Assembly (NCBI GenBank): GCA_951406725.2
Contig: OX597824.1
Span: 25,420,001 to 25,484,000 of the forward strand
Reading direction: 5' to 3'
From: Octopus vulgaris
Taxonomy: Eukaryota
DNA length: 64,000 nucleotides
Part shown: in pieces, positions 10,469-23,363 of the stretch
Numbering within the stretch: position 1 is the stretch's first letter
Layout: every line of letters starts with the position of its first letter
Position numbers and translations under genes: made by a program
Notes under the pieces: model-generated
Told to the model about the DNA's origin: nothing
What the model saw: the letters and a program-made list of their open reading frames with translations, nothing else
Database searches by the model: none

Positions 10469-10833
10469 GATATGTAAAGCGAAAGAAGTTAAATTAAACA
10501 TCCATGTACGTGCGTGCGTGCGTGCGTGTGTGTGTGCGTGTGTGTGTGTGCGTGTGCGTGTGTGTGTGCGTGTGTGCGTGTGTGTATGTGTGTATGTGTG
10601 TGTGTGTGTGTGTGTGTGTAACCCCTTTTTTTCATTTTTTTAGTATTATCCTTTTGCTTTCCTATATTTTTTACTGGATATTTGATGAAGGAAACCCGTG
10701 TACGGCTGACATGGATTATCTTTGGTGAAATTAAATTTACAGCTACTTTCATTTTCTTAAAAAGAAGACGTAAATGCATAACAGAATGTATGGCTAGGGG
10801 ATGGCGTGCTTCCTATAGGAGTATGCTGAAAAG

Positions 10834-10834
<1 letters not shown>

Positions 10835-10907
<73 letters not shown>

Positions 10908-11208
10908 TTTGTTGTTGTTGTTTTTGTTGGTGGTGGTGGTTTTGTTGGTGGTTGTGGTTGTGGTGGTGGTGGTGGTTGCGGTGGTGGTTGTGGTGGTGGT
11001 GGTAGTAGTAGTAGTAGTGGTGGTGGTAGTGGTTGTGGTGGCGGTGGTAGTAGTAGTAGGAGTAGTAGTAGTGGTGGTGTTGGTAGTAGTAGTAGTAGGA
11101 GTAGTATTAGTGGTGGTGATGGTGGTAGTAGTAGTAGTAGTGGTGGTGGTGATGGTGGTGGTTTTGTTGTTATTGTTTTTTTGGTGGTTGTGGTTGTGGT
11201 GGTGGTAT

Positions 11209-11242
<34 letters not shown>

Positions 11243-11382
11243 GGTAGTGGTGGTGGTGGCGGTGGTAGTAGTAGTAGGAGTTGTACTAGTGGTGGTGATG
11301 GTGGTAGTAGTAGTAGTGGTGGTGGTGGTGGTGGTGGACGTGGTGGTGGTGGTCGTGGTGGTTGTAGTAGTAGTATTAGTAG
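10835..11382. repeat. Complex (GTA/GTG/GTT)n low-complexity tract
   Basis: Directly visible and present in all five units. It is the source of the poly-V and poly-P/L ORFs. Confidence 0.95.
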
Positions 11383-11501
11383 CCCCAGGAGCAACAGATG
11401 CGTCACCGATATTAATTGTAGTTGTAGTTTATAGTAGCGTGCAATTTTCACTTTAACTACTGCGCAAAAAGTTCGTTGTTTTTACATGTGTATACGTGTG
11501 T

Positions 11502-11565
<64 letters not shown>

Positions 11566-11758
11566 AAGTATGTGTGAGCATGTAAATGTACGCGTGTAAA
11601 ATGTGTGTGGTTATGTGCACCTGTGTGTCCGCGCACTTGCATGCGCGTGTCTATCGCAAACGATAGATTGTTGAAATATTAGACACTTTTTCTTGGAAGG
11701 AAGCAAATTTCGTTAGAATTTCCTGTAGGAATACCAACAGTAAAGTCACTTCTCCGAA

Positions 11759-12046
11759 ATGGAAAAAAATGATGTTAAATTATTTTTAAAATCGTAGACT
11801 CATCGTAGACATTTTTAGAGAGTAACTTCCCTTTAAAAAATATGCATTAAAATGGAAAAAAATTATGGTAAATTATTTTTTAAATCGTAGACTCATTGTA
11901 GACGCGCGCTAATACCCATAAGGGCTCGATATGAATCACGACTATAAGATACCCGGTTTTGGTTAAACTGCACCGCAAAATGTGGGAGTAGTTAGGAATC
12001 TAAATCGGAGTAGACAGACACACAACCTTACTTTTATATATAAAGA
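11759..12046 (-). mobile_element. Helitron 5' fragment (same family as 9525-9878, opposite orientation)
   Basis: The reverse complement starts tctttatatataaaagtaaggttgtgtgtctgtctactccgatttagattcctaactactccc. A short 5' stub also lies at ~12073-12110. Confidence 0.75.
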
Positions 12047-12689
12047 TTGGAAATGAGTGAGAATCAACGTTATCTTTATATATAAAACTAAAGTTGTGTG
12101 TGTGTGTCTGTAGTAATTAATTAATCTTGTAGTAATTAATTAATCTTGTTTAATGCTTCTTGTGACAATAACTACCTTTCGTAGTCATCAGTTAAGAAAA
12201 TTCAAAATTAATTTATTAATATATTGGAAATGTGTGAGAACCAACGTTATTGTGTCGAAATTAATGAAGGAAAACCCCTGGATAGATGACGTGCATTTGT
12301 TTTGATAAAACGGAATTTTCAGTTACTTTTATGTTCTTAAAAGAACTCGTTACTATATAGCTTAAAGATGTTGACATTCTTATAGAAGTATGGTGAGCAG
12401 CTAAACGTCTTCAGAAATCTCGATATAAATATTTTAGATCAGGTCAGTTATATATGGGACATATTTAACACCTAACAACTGATCTAAGTGTTTGTTTATT
12501 TTACAATAAATATTTTCTCTTTATTTTACCGTTGTTGTACCGTTGTTCCTTGCACTGGTGAAAAGGGAAAACAGTGAAGTTTGGTTGAAGATTGCCCGCA
12601 CATCTCTCTATGTGTTCGCTCAAATAGTATTTGTTCATATGTAGTGCAGTTCTCCATATAAGGCACACCCTTGTTTGGTCCTATATAAT

Positions 12690-12884
12690 TCTGCCCACAT
12701 TCTCAAGAGTGAGAGAAAGTTGGGGCGAAAGACTACAACAGGGGTCGCCACCACCCCCTGCCGGAGCCTCGTGGAGCTTTAGGTGTTTTCACTCAACAAA
12801 CACACACAACGCCTGATGTGGGAATCGAACCCGCGATCCTCCGACCGTGAGTCCGCTGTCCTAACCACTGGCAATTGCGCCTCC
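12690..12884 (-). mobile_element. tRNA-derived SINE (family of 3212-3511), 3'-truncated
   Basis: Reverse complement of the same A/B-box head. Also at ~30600-30791 and ~60756-60949. Confidence 0.75.
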
Positions 12885-12912
12885 ACACACACACACATAT
12901 ATATATATACAC

Positions 12913-12983
<71 letters not shown>

Positions 12984-13087
12984 CTTTATTTAAAAGCAGC
13001 AGAAATTTAACAAATGCTGTTACTCGGAGTTAGTTTCACCTTCCCGCTCGTCGGTCAGTTTTGCTAAAACATTTATATGTTTACTCC

Positions 13088-13179
<92 letters not shown>

Positions 13180-13769
13180 CATACATACACATGTATTTAC
13201 TGGATTCCTCCCGTTTGTTTGATGAGCCATTTTTCTATCATTAATAAAACTTTGGTATGCTAGTATCTATATATTACAGTTGGTTGTTGAAATAAGGTAT
13301 ATTTTGCGTCTAAAAGGAAGAAGTGAAAGCAAATGAAGAGTATTAAAAATATCTCTATCTTTTCATCTCGTATTCAATTCTAGTTTCCGAATGTTATTGT
13401 CATTTTCAAAACTATTCAAATACGGAAGAGCATGACTTTGTATCACATTTTTTAAACAAATGTTTTTTTCTCAGTAAGTGGTTCGCAGTAACATAATCAC
13501 AAAGGATGGGACTCCGACATCGTAGGAAAGCTAAAGAGCCGCAATATGTTTTTCGAAACAGGCGGAAATCTCCAACTTATTTGTTTCATTGCTTTCAAAC
13601 TAGGATACACACATACACACACACACACACACATATGTACGTACGTACGTATGTATGTATGTATGTATGTATGTATGTATGTATGTATGTATGTATGTAT
13701 GTATGTATTTATGTATGCATACATGCGTATGTATATATGTATGTATACATACGTACGTAGACACACACA

Positions 13770-13819
<50 letters not shown>

Positions 13820-13831
13820 CCTATCTATCTT

Positions 13832-13904
<73 letters not shown>

Positions 13905-13993
13905 TTAATTTATCAACCCCGAAAGGATGAAAGGCAAAGTCGACCTCGGCGGAATTTGAACTCAGAACGTAGCGGCAGACGAAATACCGCTAA
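13905..13993 (-). mobile_element. SINE fragment (family of 15571-15805)
   Basis: ccccgaaaggatgaaaggcaaagtcgacctcggcggaatttgaactcag is the reverse complement of 15640-15690. Confidence 0.75.
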
Positions 13994-14420
13994 TACAAGT
14001 GTTGGTAGAAAGAAAAGGATAAAAGAAGGAAAAGAAATAAAAGAAAAAGAAACAGCAAATAGATAGAGGTAAAGAGGGTGATGATTTAGAAGTTGGCATT
14101 TCTAAAAAGTATCCAACGAATGCTGGATACTTCGTTCAGCTTGCAAACGCACACATAGAACGACATGCATATCTACATAAATACAAACATACGTACTAAT
14201 ACACACACATATTGACACGCATACAGATGTACAAATAAAGATATACGTAAATACATATAGATAGACGTATCTTCACATCAAGATAAATATATACACCATA
14301 ACGTATATAGGCATACAAACATATTATAAAAAAAAACTGTCTGGTATGTAAAATATCAAAATAAGGATATTGTGCGATAAATTAATTTAGCATAATTAAA
14401 TGTAATATAAAATATATATG

Positions 14421-15070
14421 GGCGCCTTTGGCGAGTGTCTTTTACTATAACCTCGGGCCGACCAAAGCCTTGTGAGTGGAATTGGTAGACGGAAACTGAA
14501 AGAAACGGAAAGAAGCCCCACGTATATATGCATATATATATATATATATATATATATACCAATTAAGGACTGAACACGAAAAGGTGGACAGTCAACATGC
14601 TAGATATAGACGTCAAATCGCCATTCTCCACAAGGATTGTGTTCTCAAATAAAAATAAAATTCAGCACGACCTAAAGCAATGGATGAGACAAAAGAAATA
14701 TACTAAATGGAATAATTACCTACGTACTGCAGTTTCAGCTATTAATATCACAAGGATAGCTGTAGCTTCATCAGCGTAGTTTGTTATGAGCATAATATGC
14801 TGTACATAATATGCTGTACATATATATATATATATATATATATGTACGTGTGTGTATATGTTTGTGTGTCTGTCCCCGCAACGTCGCTTGACAACCGATG
14901 CTGGTGTGTTTACGTTCCCATAACATAGCGGTTCGCTAAAAGAGATCGATAGAATAAGTACTAGGCTTCCAAAGAATAAATCCCGGGGTCGATTTGCTCG
15001 ACTAAAGGTGGTGCTTCCAGCATGGCCGCAGTCAAATGACTGAAACAAGTAAAAGAGAAAGAGTAGAGAG
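14421..15070 (+). mobile_element. SINE-like repeat interrupted by the hammerhead-bearing segment (~14560-14820)
   Basis: The head (14421-14525) and tail (14840-15070, ending gactgaaacaagtaaaagag) are reverse-complementary to 15105-15450. Confidence 0.7.
14720..14779 (-). ncRNA. Minimal type I hammerhead ribozyme (Penelope-like-element type)
   Basis: Minus strand: CTACG-CTGATGA-AGCTA-(21-nt loop)-TAGCT-GAAA-C-TGCA-G-TA/CGTAG. Stem I is CTACG/CGTAG, stem II is AGCTA/TAGCT, the catalytic core is intact, stem III is the palindrome ACTGCAGT, and the cleavage triplet is GUA. Confidence 0.85.
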
Positions 15071-15104
15071 TAAATAAATTTTAAAATATTAAATTTGAAT
15101 ATCC

Positions 15105-15514
15105 TCTTTTACTCTTTTACTTGTTTCAGTCATTTGACTGCGGCCATGCTGGAGCACCGCCTTTAATCGAGCAAGTCGACCCCAGGACTTATTCTTTGTA
15201 AGCCTAGTACTTATTCTATCGGTCTCTTTTGCCGAACCGCTAAGTTACGGGGACGTAAACACACCAACATCGGTTGTCAAGCAATGCTAGGGGGACAAAC
15301 ACACAAACACACACACACACACACATACATATGTACATATATATATATACATATATACGACAGGCTTCTTTCAGTTTCCGTCTACCAAATCCACTCACAG
15401 GGCTTTGGTCGGCCCGGGGTTATAGCAGAAGACACTTACCCAAAGTGTCACGCAGTGGGAATGGACCCGGAACCATGTGGTTGGTTAGCAAGCTACTTAC
15501 CACACAGCCACTCC
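15105..15514 (-). mobile_element. SINE-like repeat, tail-to-tail with the preceding copy
   Basis: ctcttttactcttttacttgtttcagtcatttgactgcggccatgctggagcaccgcc... through to the tRNA-like head ...cttaccacacagccactcc. Confidence 0.75.
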
Positions 15515-15570
15515 AGTGTGCCTCTTCTTTCAGGTTTACGCTTTTTACAGACGAGATGTGCATATATTAA

Positions 15571-15805
15571 GGCGGCGAGCTGGCAGAAACGTTAACACGC
15601 CGGGTGAAATGCTTCGCAGTATTTCGTCTGCCGCTACGTTCTGAGTTCAAATTCCGCCGAGGTTCACTTTGCCTTTCATCCTTTCGGGGTCGATTAAATA
15701 AGTACCAGTAACTCTCTGGGGTCGATATAATCGACTTAATCCGTTTGTCTGTCCTTGTTTGTCCTGTCTGTGTTTAGCCCCTTGTGGGTAGTAAAGAAAT
15801 AGAAA
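15571..15805 (+). mobile_element. tRNA-derived SINE (third family)
   Basis: A-box region ggcggcgagctggcagaaacgtta and B-box gagttcaaattcc. Copies at ~33514-33750 and ~63486-63722. Confidence 0.8.
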
Positions 15806-15845
15806 TAGATATGTGCATATATATGCACACACACACACACATACA

Positions 15846-15895
<50 letters not shown>

Positions 15896-16056
15896 TACAT
15901 ATATACGTATATAAATATTCAGCTGTAGTGGATAATATAAGAGGGAAAATCCACAGAATGTATATAACTTTCATGAGATGAAATATTTACGTAGTCAACC
16001 AGTTTCGCAGGATTCATAATTTCATGAGTTGTAAGAAAGTTGTTTCGTAAATGGAA

Positions 16057-16136
16057 GGGAGGTAATAAGTGTTTGTTACTGTTATAGGCAGGGGAGGTAA
16101 TAAGTGTTTGTTACTATAATAGGCAGGGGAGGTAAT
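16057..16136. repeat. 35-bp minisatellite, ~2.3 copies
   Basis: gggaggtaat recurs at 16057, 16092 and 16127. Confidence 0.85.
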
Positions 16137-16252
16137 TAATTTTCGTGGTGGGGAAGTGAAATGATAGTATTTACTTTACGAAATAATAAAATTATGAATT
16201 AAAATATTTACAAAATTGATTACATGCTCAATATATAATATATACATTTTAT

Positions 16253-16577
16253 GGATCTTTTCGGTTTGAACGGCAGTTTTTAACATAATTTCTTGGTAAC
16301 TAAGAAATTTTAAACTTCGTATACTGGTTGGATGTGTTTATAAAACATCTTTTTCTCTTGGTTTTATTGAGAAAACTCTATTGTTTGTAAGATATTTGTT
16401 GTTGTTTTTTTTTTCAATTTCTGCAATTTCAACCAATCAATGAGGTCTATTGAGGTGAAAACATTCTGTGCCGTATGAATATGTCCCTCGTTTAAGAAAC
16501 AGATTGGGTTTATTTACATTTCTGACGAAAAAAACATACCCCTCCAACTAACCCTAACCCTAAAACAGATTGAAATG
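16253..16577 (-). mobile_element. MITE-like DNA element fragment (family of 10136-10468)
   Basis: Shares the terminal motif and has an inverted internal sequence relative to 10136-10468. Confidence 0.6.
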
Positions 16578-16844
16578 ATACATCCTTAAGACATTTATTG
16601 GATGGCCGTTGACTCTCAAGAGTTCCTCCGCCCTTTGACAGGTTTTGTTTTTCATCCCGCAGGGTGTCCAATAAAAACCCTCCTCACCAAGCAAGCTTGG
16701 TGGGGTTTCCGGTTTAGTCGCCGACGACCCAACCATGCGACAGGTTGTACTCGGTTACATGTTACCAGTAGCACTCATATACATACATACAAACATACAT
16801 ACATACATACATACATACATACATACATACATACATACAGCTGT

Positions 16845-18360
16845 CCTAAAATGTCGTCACGTTACTGCCTCCCTATGCGGCACGATGTTGTCACTAAAAC
16901 AATTTATTTGTATCGGAGACCGAGAACACCGCTCTAAGAGACGGTGAGGCAGTGACAGGAGCAAAACTCAAATAAGAAAAGTCAATGGGTCTGCATCTAG
17001 ACAGGTAGAAAGGCAGACTCATGCCATCCAACATCGTGAGGTGTTGGACAGACAGACCATTTAAATTGCGCGGAGTCTAGTTTCGCCCAGACTTCTTAGT
17101 AGAAAAGAACTACTACGATATAATGAGCAAGGTAACTGTCTCATACAAAAATGGGCCAAGAGGAAACTGTCGCCGAAGGGTCACACAGAGGTGGAGAACG
17201 CCATCATTATGGTTCTCTGTCGTTGTCATCTGACTGTCGTAACTTGCTCACTTTTGACGAGGTTGGAACATCAGTGAAAAAGACGCTTCACTGGTCTGCT
17301 GCCAACACTTGCTACGTAAAACTGAATATACCGTGACCTGTATTGTGCATACATTTGCTGAATTTACATAATCTCTAGCGAATCGTTGGTAGTGAAGAGA
17401 TAAAGTTGCCGTTTGTCAGACACGACTTTTCTATGCTTATCTCTTTAACAGAGCTGTTGGGGAGCTTAGCCTCTTGACTGTCGTCAGGCGCTCACGGCAC
17501 GCTACCTGCCGGACAATGCGGTTGGCTGAAATTCTACATTGGCGTTCTAAAGAAGATTAGTGGCGGGTAGAAGAGACGACGATTAGCAAAAATTTGGGCG
17601 TCACAGAAAACCAACTAAGTTTATCTTGAAGAATTCCCGTTCGAGATGCATGAAGAACGACGAAACGGTTCTACATGCACTTGCCCGAGCTATGTCAAAC
17701 AGCACCTGCCACCTGTCGGTCGATTCCGGCCATCATCTCGCTACTGAGTCCTTTGTGAAAAGCTCATCACCACCTCCTTTAGCTGAGAAGAGTGGTGATG
17801 GCGAAAAGGATTGTGGGGAGAATATAATCGTAAGTGTTGAGGACAGGGAGTTTTCACCTTTAGCTAGATTCTTGTCAGTGAGGGCGCGTGGCTTAGTGGT
17901 TAGGGCATTCGGCTCATGATCGTAAGGTTGTGAGTTCGATTCCCGGCGACGCGTTGTGTCCTTGAGCAAGACACTTTATTTCACGCTGCTCCAGTCCACT
18001 CAGCTGGCAAAAATGAGTTGTACTTGTATTTCAAAGGGTCAGCCTTGTCACTCTCTGTGTCACGCTGATTATCCTCGAGAACTACGTTAAGGGTACACGT
18101 GTCTGTGGAATGCTCAGCCATTTGCACGTTAATTTCACGAGCAAGCTGTTCCGTTGATTCGGATCAGCTGGGACCCTCGTCGTCGTAACCGGCGGAGTCT
18201 TTTTTTTTTTTAAGATTCTTGTCAACTTTTTCAAGTTTCACTTGTAAAGGTGTGAGGATGGAAATGGACGTACTGATTTCAAGTAAGTTCGTTCAAAAGT
18301 TGATGAGGATTGTGGGCATGGTCCGAGTAAACGGGCCTCTGCTAAGAATGTGCCATTAGA
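16845..18360 (+). mobile_element. Degenerate L1/Tx1-type LINE ORF2 fragment A, with a SINE at 17878-18212
   Basis: Broken-frame translation gives EAVTGAKLK*EKSMGLHL, WTDRPFKLRGV*FRPD..VEKN, SRCMKNDETVLHAL and FFKFHL, homologous to fragment B. Confidence 0.75.
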
Positions 18361-18539
18361 ATCGAAGCTAAAAAGCTAGTTGGGGGCACTTGCCTTAGTG
18401 GGCAGGGTGACTGTTCTTTTGTGGGGTTTCCACGGATGGCACTTGCAAGTCTCCTCTCAACTAGGAAACTTTCATTGTTTAAAATGTTATTGTTGTTGCT
18501 TACTTTTTGTCTACATGTAGAATCCGACTTCTGTTTTTG

Positions 18540-19880
18540 TAAGGTTGTCCTGGAAATGTCCTCGTTGCTGTATGTTCCCTGGTGTACTGAATTTTGTACC
18601 ACTACTGCAGATACAAGAGCTATTGGATGGAGATAACCCGCACGAATTGGGAAATAAAAGACTCGTGTCGGCGTACAGGGATGATGTCACATCCATAGGA
18701 TCAGACACAAAGCACATCGAGCTGATTGTTACTGCTCTAAAGGACAACGAGACTGTGTAAAGAGCAAAATTTAACCATGAAAAGTCTTCGGGCCTACAAC
18801 TCAACACTTGGTGGGACAGTACCAACGGCATTCGGGGCCACTGGACGCCCTGGTTAAATTGCTCGCAGCTTAGTCTGGTCCATATCTCCAGCTAGAGAAG
18901 AACTGGGACCAGGTGACGAGCAGGAGAGCCAATCTCACCCAGAAATGAACCGCGAGAAAAAGCTATTCCCGAAAGATCGAGCAAAGGCGGAAAACGTTTA
19001 CATCTCATCCATAATATATTTCCGCTTGACTGTCGTTCCACACCAGCTGACAGATCACCGGACTGGCATAGCCACTCTTCCGCTTTCTGTGGAAGAGACG
19101 TGTCCCTAGTTAGCCACTGCACTTCATGTCAACATCTGTTGCATGTAGATGTGCGCATGCTGTGGATGGTGATACGCAGACATGCGCTGAGGTTATGATA
19201 TACCCAACGTTTCCTTGGTGAGGAGCAGATGTGGTCGGCGTTTATGAAGTCCTGTTTTCAAACCACTTATCTTTCCGACTGAGCAGCAGTCCTAGATTAA
19301 GCATCGGTCAAGGTAGGATGCCTGAAACCTCAAGTGTTGTCAGGTACTGAAAACCCTCTGCTAGTCAGGCAATATTGTTGGTATAATTTCTACATTGGTG
19401 TTCGGTAGAGAGTTAATGGATAGCAAAGGTAATGACATTCTAGGGAAGATTTTGGGCATCGATGAAGATCAGTTGGTTAGCTCTTTCCAGAGGACTCGGA
19501 AATCTCTTGCCTGGTAAGACTACCAGTATTATCAGTTCGAGATAATCTCGCCTGACAGTCGGGTTTGGCTGAGAAGCGCGCCGAGTGATGAAACTGTTCT
19601 ACATGCACTCGTCCAGGGTCTGAGCGTTTCTGATTTGTAGAATTATGTCAAACTTCCTGTCGTGTGTAGAATGTATCCATCTACGATCGGAGTCCATTCG
19701 TTTGGCTGCGGATGCTAGGCAGTGTTTATCTGTTTGATGGCCATTGCGAAAGAGGTTGTTTACTGGACCATTCTGAAACAGCTGAAGTTGCATACTTTCC
19801 TCAGTGTCTTGGCCTTCAAGAAAATCAACAGGAGATGCAAACTCTGCTCCGAGGAATCCCTGTTTATTTAAGGAGATCAT
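18540..19880 (+). mobile_element. LINE ORF2 fragment B, unit 2 copy
   Basis: Near-identical to 865-2200. Confidence 0.8.
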
Positions 19881-20524
19881 TAATAGAATTTCTGAATGAA
19901 TCTCAAGGTGCTTATATACTTATAAATGCACTTTCGAACAATGCAGAGGGAATGAATTTGAATAGCCGTTAACCACATTTATGATCATAATTTATCTTAA
20001 GGTATGGATGAATTTAATCTAACTCTAGCCTACCCCATTCTTCCAAATAATAAGTTGCTATTCAATTCACTGTGTGGACGTTGTACACCAAACCACGTGT
20101 GTGCGTATGCTAATATATCTTCATAGATGTTTGTAAGAGCCATACAATCTAAGCGAGAGCATTTTACATCCGTATCTATTAACGGTTATGTTTAATACTT
20201 TTTTGCTGTATTGAGTATTCGTTACTTTTGGCATTTGTTATTTATTATCGATCTTATATAAAAATGAAGCTGTATCTTTTTAATTTGCTGCTTTTCTATA
20301 CACAAGCCGAGAAGATATCTTGCCGAACAGTTATTATTTTAACGAGATGCATCTTGTAATCACCTGAAGAGAAGCATCTTGCACCGTCAGATAATTCAAA
20401 ACCAGTGAAGTATCCAAATCCGTGTGGGAGCAAGGCTTGGTGGGTCGAAACAATGATAGTGACTGATAAACATTCTCATATCTACCGTCTTCCAATTCTC
20501 TCATTATTCACACACACACACACA

Positions 20525-20597
<73 letters not shown>

Positions 20598-20644
20598 ATT
20601 ATATATATATTCATACATAATTTACATGTATACATATATATACA

Positions 20645-20702
<58 letters not shown>

Positions 20703-20798
20703 TATATACATATATATTTATAATGCATATATATATATATATATATACATACATATATATATATACATATGTATATAAATATATACATATATGTAATG

Positions 20799-20861
<63 letters not shown>

Positions 20862-21193
20862 CGCCATGGTCCAGAGGTTAGGGCAGCGGACTCGCGGTCG
20901 TAGGATCGCGGTTTCGATTCCCAGACCGGGCGTTGTGAGTGTTTATTGAGCGAAGAAACCTAAAGCTCCACGAGGCTCCAGCAGTGGGTGGTGGCGGTCC
21001 CTGCTATACTCTTTTCGCCACAACTTTCGCTCACTCTTTCTTCTGTTTTCCTGCTCGCTTAGCCAGCGGGGTGGCGTCATTTGGAGGCTAAAACAATGCG
21101 AAGCGCATTGTGATCAGCGATGGGTAGCAGCATCTGATAGCCTCGTCGGTTACGGTGATCACATATACATACATACATACATACATACATACA

Positions 21194-21229
<36 letters not shown>

Positions 21230-21231
21230 CA

Positions 21232-21381
21232 CGCTTTCGTCCATTCTGGTGGAGTTTTCAAATTGAACTAAGTTCTTGTGGAAAAAGTTTGACCATTTTA
21301 TAGTGTTATTGAGTGTGTAGTGGTGGGGAGGGATATAAGATAGTACAAGAGGGTGATGAATGGAGAGAAAGTGAGAGAGAG

Positions 21382-21455
<74 letters not shown>

Positions 21456-22180
21456 GAGAGAAAGAAGACCATAAATTGGGAATAAAACATTGGATTGAAA
21501 GAACTGAATAGTGGTATAAATATCACCAGAATTATTTCTTCTTCCTCTTTTTCTTCTTTCTTCCCTTCTCCAACGACACCCCTTCCAGATTCACAGGCGC
21601 CCACACACACACACGCACATACACACACACACACACACACACATACCTTCACAAAACAATAATAAAAAGAAATCCAGATAATTCTTTTTTGAAATTGCCA
21701 ATTTCTAAAAACCAAAAATCATTTACAGTTGCAAAAATATAAACAAAAGTGGCACTCTAGAACATTACTAAAAGCCCAATGACTGGTTACTCTTAACAAC
21801 TTGACCATTCCTCCCTGACACTCCTTTCAGATACAAAGACACAAACACACGCACCATACACGCACCACACACGCGCGCACATAAACACACACACACACAC
21901 TCTCTCTCTCTCTCACAAGACAATGATAAAAAGGAAATGCAATTTATGATCGTCTTTCTCCTCCTTTTCTTCCTTTCCTTGTTTTTCTTTAACACTCCTT
22001 TAAGATGCAAACGCACACACACACGCACACACACACACATGCTCTCTCTCACTTTCTTCCCTCTTGTTCTATCTTATATCCCTCCCCACCACTACACACT
22101 CAATAACACTATAAAATGGTCAAATGTTTTCCACAAGAACTTAGTTCAATTTGAAAACTCCACCAGAATGGACGAAAGCG
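21232..22180. mobile_element. Foldback element, internally deleted copy
   Basis: Same termini as 3571-5240. It lacks the left inner arm (junction ~21478) and ~330 bp between two direct repeats in the right arm. Confidence 0.85.
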
Positions 22181-22481
22181 CTAATATATGATATATGATA
22201 TAAGTTATATGATGTATAAAAACATGTAATATACAAATAAATATCTGTAAATATAAAACCATCCGAATTTCTGAGTACCTCATTTCTTCTAATATAAAAT
22301 ACTTGTACATCATCTCCAAACATTCTAATAAACAAATGGAAGTAAATAACTATATACATATATTTTTTTATTTCATTTATTTTTATTTTTATTTTTTAAA
22401 CATTTTATTTATATTTATTACTATTATTACTATTATTATTGTTATACATATATACATACATACACAATAATAATAATAATG

Positions 22482-22515
<34 letters not shown>

Positions 22516-22517
<2 letters not shown>

Positions 22518-23363
22518 CATGTACATTGTTTTGTCTATCATGTACATTGTTTTGTCTATCATGTACATTGTTTTGTCTATCATGTACATTGTTTTGTCTA
22601 TCATGTACATTGTTTTGTAAATCATGTACATTGTTTTGTAATTATCATGTACATTGTTTTGTAATTATCATGTACATTGTTTTGTCTTTATCATGTACAT
22701 TGTTTTGTCTTTATCATGTACATTGTTTTGTCTTTATCATGTACATTGTTTTGTCTTTATCATGTACATTGTTTTGTCTTTATCATGTACATTGTTTTGT
22801 AAATCATGTACATTGTTTTGTCTTTATCATGTACATTGTTTTGTCTTTATCATGTACTTTGTTTTGTCTTTATCATGTACATTGTTTTGTCTTGGTATAA
22901 AAGATGGGCTACAGCAAATATTCTGCTCAATACCACAGATTTGCTTGTCAGTTGTTTGACCTTAACCAGTTGAGCATGTCCCTTCGTGGCTGACAATATG
23001 TGCATCTCTGATCACAAGCAGAAGTAGTGGGGGAGCATCATAGCCATGTGTTGAGAGGGATTCTTTGGGGTTTGAATAGTTCACCTCTGGAAACATGGGT
23101 GGTTCTTTCAACATCCTTAAACAACCCTTATTCAGGGACCGTTTGAGCGGGATGGGCTACTCAATCTGAAGAAAATTCTAACTGGGCCCCACCTGCAAGG
23201 TCATGTGCTGTTTATCTTGATATGAGATCACCATGTCGCGCACATATGGTTGTGATGCATGTGCCTGGTGTACCTTTATCAGACGGGTAGTCATGATGGG
23301 TATATTGGGCTTCGTATATTTTACCCCAGTGTCACTTTGATGGCATGCACTGCTCTCTCACTC
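22516..23363 (+). mobile_element. Unit-2-specific retroelement-like insertion in the (AAT)n tract, headed by 17 tandem 21-23-bp repeats
   Basis: Absent at the equivalent (AAT)n in units 1, 4 and 5. atcatgtacattgttttgt(ct/aa/cttt) x17 at 22516-22893, then ~470 bp of unique sequence running into (AAT)n. Confidence 0.8.

Noticed and set aside
12160-12200. Hammerhead-like CTGATGA-CTAC-GAAA on the minus strand
   Set aside because: No pairable stem II, stems I and III are unconvincing, and the paralogous site at ~9280 reads CTGATGT.
22516-22893. CRISPR-like array
   Set aside because: The repeats are head-to-tail with no unique spacers, there are no cas genes, and the context is eukaryotic.
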